DNA of 24,000 nt, taken from assembly GCA_019894795.1 (NCBI GenBank), contig JAGXNV010000003.1:1-24000 (forward strand). The letters are read 5' to 3'. The notes beneath the pieces were generated by a model. It saw nothing but the letters and a program-made list of their open reading frames with translations, searched no databases and was not told the DNA's origin. How positions within the stretch are numbered: position 1 is the stretch's first letter; every line of letters starts with the position of its first letter. Made by a program: the position numbers and the translations under genes. This DNA comes from Candidatus Heimdallarchaeota archaeon. Lineage in GTDB: Archaea; Asgardarchaeota; Heimdallarchaeia; Heimdallarchaeales; Heimdallarchaeaceae. Shown here piece by piece: positions 7,166 through 15,356 of this stretch.

Positions 7166-7576
7166 ATGGTAAAATTCGATCACAAGCTAGGTCCTATTGT
7201 TCTTTCAAATGCATCATCTTTAACTGAAGATCTTTTGATGAAACTTGCAATTAAAGGCACTTCTACAATTATGAATGGTCTTCCTTACGATTTATCGAAT
7301 TCCAGGCAGTTTAGAGGTCTTCTCCAGTTATCCGAAGAATATTTCGTATATGGATTTGACATGGTCTTGATAGATGATGAGGATGATAAAGGAGCATTTG
7401 TGCCTGTTCTATTGTTCATAGTTTTTCCCACAAGCTCAGTACCTATTATTGGATCAAATCTTCGTTCTATTGAACAAATGTTATACAAATCTACACAAAC
7501 ATTTCTTACCCTATCACATCTAAATTCAGCGTTTGTTTTTAATCTACGATTAACCCTCTGTGAAAATTTGCTCTAA
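7166..7576 (+). CDS. Small hypothetical protein, possible longin-like fold
   Basis: The ORF-track frame is 7106..7576. The ATG at 7166 (MVKFDHKLGPIVL...) is preceded by AGGGG 8 nt upstream and is preferred. There are no TM segments. The hand-predicted secondary-structure order is beta-beta-alpha-beta-beta-beta-alpha. No catalytic motif was recognised. Confidence 0.5.
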   Translation: MVKFDHKLGPIVLSNASSLTEDLLMKLAIKGTSTIMNGLPYDLSNSRQFRGLLQLSEEYFVYGFDMVLIDDEDDKGAFVPVLLFIVFPTSSVPIIGSNLRSIEQMLYKSTQTFLTLSHLNSAFVFNLRLTLCENLL

Positions 7577-7648
7577 GCCCAAATAATTTTTTCTTTGTTT
7601 TTCGCTTACTTGATTAAATAAATTCTAAGAATTTCGACAGCTATAAAT

Positions 7649-9979
7649 ATGCTGGTCTTCTATATGGTAGTTAGAAACGCAAAAGATGATTCTATGAGTA
7701 TAAAAGAACCACAAGAAGAACTAGAGGAAAGTGGGAAAAAATGGAGTTATTGGGGTATTGGTTTACTCTTCTTTCTTGTTTTCTTTGTAGCTTTAATGTT
7801 TATACTTGAAGCAGCAATGCAACCTAGAGAAAGTTTTACTTCAACATTAATAGCCTACATATTAGGAATTGTAGGCCTAGCCATTTTCGCTGGTTTAGTA
7901 CGTGATAAATCTAGAGTCCTTATTTCTGTACCATTATTGTTAATAATTGTATTTGGAACCAGTTACTTGTTTAACTATGTAATTCAAGCTCCAGTATACA
8001 ATCCATTTGCTCCAGTATCAGAAAGAGCGGTTTTGCTTCTTGATACTGTTGAAGGTATGAATGAAACATTAACAGATATAGGGATTCCTGCAGATCTGAA
8101 CATGGAAGATATTCGTTATTTCAGTCAATTTGCTTTTGTAATTGACCTGATAATTGCTCTTCCGTTATTCCTATTCGGAACGCTGTCGTTGACGTGGATG
8201 GTGCAAATCTTTACGACACGACCAACAATCTGGACAATACTATCTGTATTATTTGCATTAGTATTCTTCTTCATTGGATTGCTCCTCTCGCCATTTATAC
8301 ATCTCCTCTTCTCAGGAGTTATTGTAATCACAAGTGATTTACTACCAGGAGCCCTATACTTGGGACAAGGATTTAGCATCTTTGCAAATTTTGAAAATGC
8401 AACACAAGAGGAAATGGATGAAGCAATATTGTCTTTCTATCTAGCCTCCGAGTACTTCCAGGCAAGCGCGGATAATTTAAATGGACTGCGGCAAGCAGGA
8501 ATTATAGGAATAGCAAGTGCAATACCTGTTTTAGGCACGTTTATAGAAAATATATATTATGTCGCTTTAGCAGCGTTATCTATAGCTTCAGGATTAGGTC
8601 CATTTGCGAATGGTACCTTCTTTGTTTTAGAAGGTATGGAAGATGCAATGGCCTCCTTTGGCGAAGGTGGTGGCTTTCTTGAAACAAAAGACGGAACCGT
8701 TACTCAAATTGAGAGTGAGATAAATGACACAAGATTTGAGGAAGGAATAGAGAAAGTAAACGAAGGTCTATTAATTCTAGGAAATAGTACTGACTATATT
8801 GATGCTGCACTTGACGAGCTAAGTAATGTGAATGTTACTGATATTGCAGCTGCAATAAGTGAATTAGAAGATTATGGTGTCCCACCTGATGTAGCGGTTT
8901 CCATACTTGAACAAGTGGATATGATTGACTCTTACCTCTCAATTTTCGAAGGTGCAGTCAGAGTAATTGATGCTCTTCTAACCAAACCTAGTGGAAGTGA
9001 CTCTGCGACTCTAACTCATTTCTTGTATGGAGCATATAGTTTGTTCAAAGCTGGAGATGTTATAGGGACAACTTCTTCGTTCTTTAATGAAACAGAAGGT
9101 GTTGATACTTCTTCATACTTTGATGATGCATCTGGTAACTTCAGTATTGTACATAACGAACTTCTTGATCCTGAAATCCAAGACATTGCAAATTCTGATA
9201 CTCCAATCCTCAACGCAACAGTATCTTTCCTTACAGATATGGTTGGTTTAACTGTACCTTTATGCTCTTTAGGCGGTAACCTTGCTGAAGTTTTCTTCAC
9301 AATGCAAGATACCATGAGTGTTTTTGAAGTTACTAATTATGAGGATATAGCAGATTATTCACCATTGATTAGTTCTATGGATTCCTTGCGAACAACAACT
9401 GGTGATATGGCTGTTGACGCATTTGCTACAGATGCACAAATCAACGATATCAGGACAAAAGCCACAAATAACACATACGGGGTGCTCAGTGATCCTGCTC
9501 TAAGTTTTACAGATCAGTTAATACAATTCAACTTAACTCAGAATGTTTACAATGCTAACAATATCGCAAATTCATTCTACTACATGTTTAGTGGATTAAG
9601 CCATTTGAGTTATAGTTTTAGCAATATAACAGCAGGATATGAAGAGTTCAACAATACAAACTATGTACCTGATGCTCAAGATCATTTCCTAGCTGCTAAC
9701 ACATCGTTACTTACATCAATCGCTGATCTCACTGAAGCAACCTATTATATGAATCAAACGGAGAGCGGTGGAATGACACAGTTATCAGGAACAAGAGACG
9801 CGCTATTAGGTATTCGAAATAGCCTATATGATACTCTGGATGAAGTAGACACCATCTTGACAATAATAGCTCTCCCTGATCCAACTACTGAGCTTGCAGC
9901 ATTTCAAACGGCTATCGCTGATATAATTAGTGCATTTGCAGGTGTTAATGTTCAGCTTGAAGATGTGAACGCACAATAG
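7649..9979 (+). CDS. Polytopic membrane protein with a large acidic, sequon-rich C-terminal ectodomain (hypothetical)
   Basis: Roughly eight hydrophobic helices lie in residues ~30-330. The remaining ~430 residues are rich in D/E/T/S/N and look helical. I count 15 N-x-S/T sequons, none inside a TM helix. An alternative in-frame start is at 7694 (MSIKEPQEE). No family motif was recognised. Confidence 0.75.
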   Translation: MLVFYMVVRNAKDDSMSIKEPQEELEESGKKWSYWGIGLLFFLVFFVALMFILEAAMQPRESFTSTLIAYILGIVGLAIFAGLVRDKSRVLISVPLLLIIVFGTSYLFNYVIQAPVYNPFAPVSERAVLLLDTVEGMNETLTDIGIPADLNMEDIRYFSQFAFVIDLIIALPLFLFGTLSLTWMVQIFTTRPTIWTILSVLFALVFFFIGLLLSPFIHLLFSGVIVITSDLLPGALYLGQGFSIFANFENATQEEMDEAILSFYLASEYFQASADNLNGLRQAGIIGIASAIPVLGTFIENIYYVALAALSIASGLGPFANGTFFVLEGMEDAMASFGEGGGFLETKDGTVTQIESEINDTRFEEGIEKVNEGLLILGNSTDYIDAALDELSNVNVTDIAAAISELEDYGVPPDVAVSILEQVDMIDSYLSIFEGAVRVIDALLTKPSGSDSATLTHFLYGAYSLFKAGDVIGTTSSFFNETEGVDTSSYFDDASGNFSIVHNELLDPEIQDIANSDTPILNATVSFLTDMVGLTVPLCSLGGNLAEVFFTMQDTMSVFEVTNYEDIADYSPLISSMDSLRTTTGDMAVDAFATDAQINDIRTKATNNTYGVLSDPALSFTDQLIQFNLTQNVYNANNIANSFYYMFSGLSHLSYSFSNITAGYEEFNNTNYVPDAQDHFLAANTSLLTSIADLTEATYYMNQTESGGMTQLSGTRDALLGIRNSLYDTLDEVDTILTIIALPDPTTELAAFQTAIADIISAFAGVNVQLEDVNAQ

Positions 9980-9992
9980 TTCTATTTTCTCC

Positions 9993-10005
9993 TTTTTTTC
10001 TTTTT
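9993..10005 (+). terminator. Oligo-T tracts after the membrane-protein gene
   Basis: T7 followed by T5 lie within 30 nt of the stop at 9977-9979. Confidence 0.4.
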
Positions 10006-10113
10006 ATTTGCACCTCTAAAGTTTTTTTGAACATCAAAATATCCGTTGCCTAAAGAGAATACCTTTTTTAATAAAACTAATGTATTTTATTAAAGATTTG
10101 AAGGGATGTCAAT

Positions 10114-11496
10114 ATGAGTCCAATGAATGTTTTTCTAGCATACGAACACAGTAAAAACGAATTTAGCGAGATAAAAGATCAATCTAAATTCCAAAAAATC
10201 ATGGAATCTGATGCCACTGATATTAGTGCTCAACTGATGAGCATGGATATGGATGGTGTCCTAATCTTTAATCGAGAAAAAAATGAATGGCACCTTATTT
10301 TTGGTAAACACGTTGGCCTTGTAGCTCAAAGAACAGGGAGACGTCAAGCTGATAATATTAGTAGAGCAGGTTATCAACTCTCAACAGGAGAAAGAGTTGG
10401 ATCAAGGAGTAGACTTGAGCAACTAACTGAAGATAGTATCGGAGATTTATACCTAACTGTTCAAGAGAAGTATATTGAAACAGACCTAGGTGGATTTCAA
10501 GGAGATTCTAGACAAGATTCTTATCCAAAAAAAGTATTTTCTAGAATTGAGAAGACAATTGAAGAACCAAAACCTCAAACTATTCCTGAGCAGAAACTAG
10601 GTCCACCAACAACATATCCTATAGACATGGAACCGGCCACTGGACCTGAAGTAGAACCTGAGCCCAAAGCTGAACCTCAAACGCTTGTTGTTCCTGATTC
10701 TGAGCCAGAGCCTGTTGTTGAAGAGCCAGAGCCTGTTGTTGAAGAGCCAGAGCCTGTTGTTGAAGAACCAGAGCCTGTTGCTGAAGAACCAGAACTTGTT
10801 GCTGAAGAACCAGAGCCTGTTGTTGAAGAACCAGAGCCTGTTGCTGAAGAGCCAGAACTTGTTGCTGAAGAACCAGAACTTGTTGCTGAAGAACCAGAAC
10901 TTGTTGCTGAAGAACCAGAACCTGTTGCTGAAGAACCAGAACTTGTTGCTGAAGAACCAGAGCCTGTTGTTGAAGAACCAGTTGAAAAAACTCTTGAAGA
11001 TACAATTGAAGACGTTGTAACTGAGGTTGTCGAGGATATTGCAGAAACAATTGCGAAGAGTGTAGCTGAACAAGTGGGTGACGATACACTCGAAGGAGTG
11101 GTTAAGGAAGCAATTGAAAAAAGATCAGAAGAACTTGTTTCCAAGGTTGTTGAAGAGGTTGTCGAAGAAGTAATTGAAGAAGTAACAGAAGAAATTGCTG
11201 AATCCTCTGCAGAAGATACAATTGAGGAGATTGTTGAAGAAATTGTTGAGGAGATTGTCGAAGAAGTAACAGAAACTGTAGAAGAATTACTTGAAGACGA
11301 CCTAGAAGAAATAGTTGAAAAGGCTGTTGTAGAAAGTGTTGAAGGCATTAGCCAAGAAGCTGCTGAACATCTTGCAGAAGATGTTGTAGAAGAGGTTTTA
11401 GACGAAGCAGTAGAAGACATGGTTGAAGAAGCAGCAGAAGACGCAACTATTGATTTATCTGAAGCAATTGAACGATCTAGAAACGAAGACCAATAA
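10114..11496 (+). CDS. Extremely acidic repeat protein: globular N-terminal domain, (EPEPVVE)x13 tract, and a long E/V/I-rich C-terminal region (hypothetical)
   Basis: This is the longest frame through the region. Residues 1-~130 are non-repetitive and of normal composition. Purine-rich GAAGGGA lies upstream of the ATG. The other four ORFs over the repeat are low-complexity shadows. The C-terminus shows (V/I)EE(V/I) periodicity, for example EEIVEEIVEEIVEEVTE. Confidence 0.7.
   Translation: MSPMNVFLAYEHSKNEFSEIKDQSKFQKIMESDATDISAQLMSMDMDGVLIFNREKNEWHLIFGKHVGLVAQRTGRRQADNISRAGYQLSTGERVGSRSRLEQLTEDSIGDLYLTVQEKYIETDLGGFQGDSRQDSYPKKVFSRIEKTIEEPKPQTIPEQKLGPPTTYPIDMEPATGPEVEPEPKAEPQTLVVPDSEPEPVVEEPEPVVEEPEPVVEEPEPVAEEPELVAEEPEPVVEEPEPVAEEPELVAEEPELVAEEPELVAEEPEPVAEEPELVAEEPEPVVEEPVEKTLEDTIEDVVTEVVEDIAETIAKSVAEQVGDDTLEGVVKEAIEKRSEELVSKVVEEVVEEVIEEVTEEIAESSAEDTIEEIVEEIVEEIVEEVTETVEELLEDDLEEIVEKAVVESVEGISQEAAEHLAEDVVEEVLDEAVEDMVEEAAEDATIDLSEAIERSRNEDQ
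10702..10974 (+). repeat. Tandem repeat: 13 head-to-tail copies of a 21-nt unit (GAR CCA GAR CYT GTT GYT GAA), plus a partial 14th copy
   Basis: Counted directly. The units encode EPEPVVE, EPEPVAE or EPELVAE. Copies differ at only 1-3 positions, lie in frame, and have no spacers. Confidence 0.95.
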
Positions 11497-11516
11497 GATT
11501 CCTAAAAACTCAACCC

Positions 11517-11524
11517 TTTTTTTT
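11517..11524 (+). terminator. Oligo-T tract after the acidic repeat protein gene
   Basis: A T8 run about 20 nt after the stop, followed by further T-runs. Confidence 0.4.
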
Positions 11525-11545
11525 ATTTTTTATTTTTCAAAAAGA

Positions 11546-11557
11546 ATATATATTAAA
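11546..11557 (+). promoter_or_regulatory. TATA-like box upstream of the MobA-like gene
   Basis: ATATATATTAAA is centred about 24 nt upstream of the ATG at 11575. Confidence 0.35.
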
Positions 11558-11574
11558 CTGATTTTCGTTAAGTG

Positions 11575-12624
11575 ATGCCAAAAACTGTCTTAGCTATTCT
11601 TGCTGGAGGTTTATCGAGAAGATATCAAAAACAAAATACTGAATGGCAAGACAAGATATTATTCCAATTCAATAATGAGCCTTTTTTAGTTAATCTGATA
11701 AAAAGAAGCAATCTATTGTATGACGAAACGGTACTCTCTGTGAACTCTACAAATCGAGAAGAAGCCTATAAAACAATACTTCAAAAGCACAGTCTTGCGA
11801 ATCAAATTGATTTTATCATAGATGATCAAAACAGTTCTTTTGAAGGAGTTATGCTTGGAATAGGTTCCATTTTACGTTCATTACGTGGCAAAGTTGTTCA
11901 AGTTCTACCTTCTGATAGACCATTTCTTATGCTTTCCATATTAAAATCAATGAAAATCTGCGATGAAGGAGTTAGTTTTTTCCAATCTGATACTGGGTTA
12001 ATTGAACCCCTTCTTACTCTTTATGGTTCTAATATTTATTTTCCAAGAGAATTAGAAACCTTGTCTCTGTCAAGAGCTGATGTTCTAATGAGAGTCTCTC
12101 CATTATTAAAAATCTACAACGCTGATACAATAATATCTATGAATGACCTATCACCTAGAACATTTAGTAATGTGAATGTTCAGGATTATATAAAGAATGA
12201 TAATAATTTCAACATAAGTGAAGAGAAAAATCTGACTATGCCCCCTCCTATCACCATTTCTCGCTCTTCACCTATTGAAAAACAAGGTTCATTTAAGGAG
12301 ATAGATTGCCAGGATTATGTTGAAAAATTGAATGAACAGAACCATAACTATTCTGCTTTTCTCTGGAGTATGTTTTTCAGAAATCAATCTTTGATAAATG
12401 AGGGAAATTATAACTGTTTAGCAAAGAAATCTTTGAGGGCAGAACATCAGTTTTGGACAGATAAAAAAATACCCTTTTTTGCTCTTCATGCTTTGCAGGA
12501 CTTACTATTTTTCTTCCCAGAAGAGAAAATAATTTCTGATATACAAAAAATAGACGCTCTCAAAAAGCAAATGAAAATTCAATCAAAAACTGTAACAAAA
12601 CTAAACAAACTCAAAAAAGAGTAA
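11575..12624 (+). CDS. MobA-like molybdenum cofactor guanylyltransferase domain protein with a ~145-aa uncharacterised C-terminal extension
   Basis: N-terminal LAILAGGLSRR...DK, then VLPSDRPFL, EPLLTLY and FSNVNVQD are colinear with MobA/NTP_transf_3 motifs (LAGG.S.R, DK, C/S-D-xP, NVNT). Residues ~205-349 match nothing I recognise, and there is no P-loop, so it is not MobB. A GTG at 11572 immediately precedes the ATG. Confidence 0.65.
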   Translation: MPKTVLAILAGGLSRRYQKQNTEWQDKILFQFNNEPFLVNLIKRSNLLYDETVLSVNSTNREEAYKTILQKHSLANQIDFIIDDQNSSFEGVMLGIGSILRSLRGKVVQVLPSDRPFLMLSILKSMKICDEGVSFFQSDTGLIEPLLTLYGSNIYFPRELETLSLSRADVLMRVSPLLKIYNADTIISMNDLSPRTFSNVNVQDYIKNDNNFNISEEKNLTMPPPITISRSSPIEKQGSFKEIDCQDYVEKLNEQNHNYSAFLWSMFFRNQSLINEGNYNCLAKKSLRAEHQFWTDKKIPFFALHALQDLLFFFPEEKIISDIQKIDALKKQMKIQSKTVTKLNKLKKE

Positions 12625-12644
12625 ATTTCTCCCTCATAGTAGAA

Positions 12645-15356
12645 TTATACTTTTGTGACTTTAATTGCACAAACTTTGAATTCAGGAATTTTAGCATAGG
12701 GATCTAAGGCATCATTAGTTAGGAGGTTTGCTGCAGACTCTTTAAAATGAAAAGTCATGAATATAACACCCTCTTGAATTCTATCCGTTACTTTAGCAAT
12801 TGTTTCTATTTTTCCTCTTCTAGATTCGATAGTGATTTTGTCTCCATTTTTAATATTTAGACGTTCGGCATCTTTGACATTAATTTCGCTTCTCTCTATA
12901 GGTCTTCTTTGATGAATCCCCTTAACTCTTCGAGTCATTTCACCTGTATGGAAGTGGTAGAGTATTCTTCCTGTTGTTAAAATCAATGGATAGTCATTGT
13001 CCGGTAATTCAGCAGGTTCAATATATGAGATTGCATGAAATTTACCTTTACCTCTAGAGAACATTTTTTCATGAAGAATTTTAGTACCTGGGTGGTTTTC
13101 ATTTTTACAAGGCCATTGTAAACCTATCTTCTCAATTCTATCATAGCTAATTCCTGCATAAATGGGTGTGACCTCAGCTATTTCATCCATAATCTGTCTT
13201 GGTGATTCATATCTGTTTTCTATTCCAAAACGATTTAAAATCTCTTGGAGAATTTTCCAATCATCGATTCTTTCTCCTTCAGAATCTATCGCTTTTCTTA
13301 CCCTTTGAACGCGTCTCTCTGTGTTTGTATATGTTCCCTCTTTTTCAGCAAAAGATTTTCCAGGTAAAATAACATCTGCATATTTAGCGGTTTCAGTTAT
13401 GAATAGGTCTTGAACCACAAGAAATTCAAGTTTTTTGAGTGCAGAGCGTACATGGTTAGCATTAGGGTCGCTTAAAACAGGATTTTCTCCCATTATATAG
13501 ACGCCACGTACGTTTCCTTCATAAACTTCATTCATTATTTCAACTAATGTAAGCCCTGGTGTTTCACTTAAATTTGAAACACCCCAAGCTTTTTGAAATT
13601 TCATTTTGTTTTCCTTATCTGACACACTCTGATAACCTGGATAGACGTCTGGTAATCCTCCGAGGTCACAGGCTCCTTGAACATTATTTTGCCCCCTAAG
13701 TGGGTTGACTCCTGTCCCGGGGCGTCCAATATTTCCTGTGATCATGGCTAAGTTTGCTAAACTCATTACATTATCTGTACCTGTTGTATGTTGCGTTATC
13801 CCCATTGAATATACAATTGCTGCAGTCTTAGCTTTTCCAAACATAATAGCTGCTTTTCTCAAATTCATTTGATCAATATTAGCTATCTTACATAGTACCT
13901 CAAGGGACACTTCTTCTAGTTTCGCTTTTAATTCATCAAAACCTTCGGTTCTTCCAATTACAAATTCCTCATCAATTAAACCTTCTTCAATGATTACCTT
14001 CATCATCGCATTAACTAAAGCAACATCTGAACCTGGACGTTGTTGTAGATGAATTTCAGAGTAGTCCGCTAATTCTATGGTTCTAGGATCAGCAACTATG
14101 AGTTTGGTAATTCCTTCTTGGACAGCTTGCTTTATTTTCACTCCAATTACAGGATGTGCTTCAGTTGTATTGCTTCCTATTACTAGAATAACTTCTGCTT
14201 TCGTTGTTAAATCATCAATACTATTCGTCATTGCACCGGAACCAAAAGTTCTTACAAGACCAGTGACTGTAGAAGCATGACATAATCTAGCACAGTGATC
14301 GATATTGTTGGTACCTATTGCAGCTCTAGCCAGTTTTTGCATAAGGTAGTTCTCTTCGTTTGTACATTTAGCTGATGTTAGGAAAGCAAGAGAATCGGGA
14401 CCTGTTTCTTCTTTAATTTGTTTTAATTTTTGTTCGATAAAACCAAAAGCTTCATCCCAAGTAACTTGAACGAATTCTCCGTTCTTCTTTATTAATGGAT
14501 GATTAATTCTTTCTGGGTGATACACAAAATCCCACCCGTATCTACCTTTTACACATAGTGCTAAACCATTAACAACGTTGCCTTCTGTAGAATCTACTTT
14601 AACTATTTTTTTGGTTATTGAATTAGTATAAAAATCAAGTTGACATCCAACCCCACAGTAAACACATGTAGTAGTAGTCTTTTCTAACTCATAGGCTCTT
14701 CCTGAGCCTTTAACGCTGTTAGACACCAAAGCACTAACAGGACACACACTAACACAATTACCACAAGCAACACATCCTGCATCTTCAAAGGTTCTCCCAA
14801 AACCAGGGCTTGGAAATGTTTCAAATCCTCTCTGTGTCATAGATAGCACTCCACAAACCTGTATCTCATCTGCAACACGAACACATAAACCACAACGAAT
14901 ACAAGCGGAATAATTTAATTCAAAGAATTCGTTTTTTTCTGAAAGATCAGTTTTAGGTCTTGTCCCTATATATCTACCAAGCCTTTCTTCTGGAACATAT
15001 TCATATGCCAATTTTTGTAATTTACATGAACCCGCTTTATCGCATATGACACAGTTAAGAGGGTGAGATGCTAATAGTAATTCAACCAAAATTCTTCTAG
15101 CTTCATTAACTCGTTCACTTTTAGTATGAACTACTGAATTTGCTCTTACAGGAGTGCTACAAGCTGGCATAAGGGTATGTGCATTCTCAATTTCTATTAC
15201 GCAAATTCTACATGCTCCAGTTGGTTTAAGTTCTGAATGATGGCATAAGGTTGGAATTTCAATATTGTGCCTAGAAATAGCTTCATAGTACGTATCAGTT
15301 GGCAAGCATTTGATTTCCTTATCATCAACAGTAATAGTAATTTGTTCTTTTAACAT
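12645..15356 (-). CDS. fdhA: Formate dehydrogenase alpha subunit, Cys-type Mo/W-bisPGD enzyme with a NuoG-like N-terminal Fe-S module
   Basis: N-terminal plant-type [2Fe-2S] domain (CHHSELKPTGACRICVIE), followed by His/Cys and two ferredoxin-type [4Fe-4S] motifs. The molybdopterin domain has TTCVYCGVGCQLDF, CVKGRYGWDF, the active site NNIDHCARLCHASTV (Cys codon TGT at 14280-14282 where Sec-type enzymes have U) and RGQNNVQGACDLG. The start overlaps the upstream stop within ATGTTAA. Confidence 0.9.
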   Translation of the reverse strand: MLKEQITITVDDKEIKCLPTDTYYEAISRHNIEIPTLCHHSELKPTGACRICVIEIENAHTLMPACSTPVRANSVVHTKSERVNEARRILVELLLASHPLNCVICDKAGSCKLQKLAYEYVPEERLGRYIGTRPKTDLSEKNEFFELNYSACIRCGLCVRVADEIQVCGVLSMTQRGFETFPSPGFGRTFEDAGCVACGNCVSVCPVSALVSNSVKGSGRAYELEKTTTTCVYCGVGCQLDFYTNSITKKIVKVDSTEGNVVNGLALCVKGRYGWDFVYHPERINHPLIKKNGEFVQVTWDEAFGFIEQKLKQIKEETGPDSLAFLTSAKCTNEENYLMQKLARAAIGTNNIDHCARLCHASTVTGLVRTFGSGAMTNSIDDLTTKAEVILVIGSNTTEAHPVIGVKIKQAVQEGITKLIVADPRTIELADYSEIHLQQRPGSDVALVNAMMKVIIEEGLIDEEFVIGRTEGFDELKAKLEEVSLEVLCKIANIDQMNLRKAAIMFGKAKTAAIVYSMGITQHTTGTDNVMSLANLAMITGNIGRPGTGVNPLRGQNNVQGACDLGGLPDVYPGYQSVSDKENKMKFQKAWGVSNLSETPGLTLVEIMNEVYEGNVRGVYIMGENPVLSDPNANHVRSALKKLEFLVVQDLFITETAKYADVILPGKSFAEKEGTYTNTERRVQRVRKAIDSEGERIDDWKILQEILNRFGIENRYESPRQIMDEIAEVTPIYAGISYDRIEKIGLQWPCKNENHPGTKILHEKMFSRGKGKFHAISYIEPAELPDNDYPLILTTGRILYHFHTGEMTRRVKGIHQRRPIERSEINVKDAERLNIKNGDKITIESRRGKIETIAKVTDRIQEGVIFMTFHFKESAANLLTNDALDPYAKIPEFKVCAIKVTKV

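Noticed and set aside
10702-10974. The tandem 21-nt repeats as a possible CRISPR array.
   Set aside because: The units are contiguous with no spacers, are much shorter than CRISPR repeats, and lie in frame within a coding sequence. There are no cas genes.
10597-11420. Four additional long ORFs over the repeat region: 10597-11073 (-), 10619-11089 (-), 10677-11420 (-) and 10685-11020 (+).
   Set aside because: Their products are monotonous low-complexity strings (WFFSNKF, QQQVLVL, SSATSSG, LLLKNQS). They arise because the 21-nt repeat and the GAA-rich tail lack stops in other frames. Only the 10114-11496 frame has a normal N-terminal domain and a start context.
14280-14282. Selenocysteine at the formate dehydrogenase active site.
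   Set aside because: The codon is TGT (Cys) in CARLCHAS, there is no in-frame TGA, and no SECIS-like requirement follows. This is a Cys-type enzyme.
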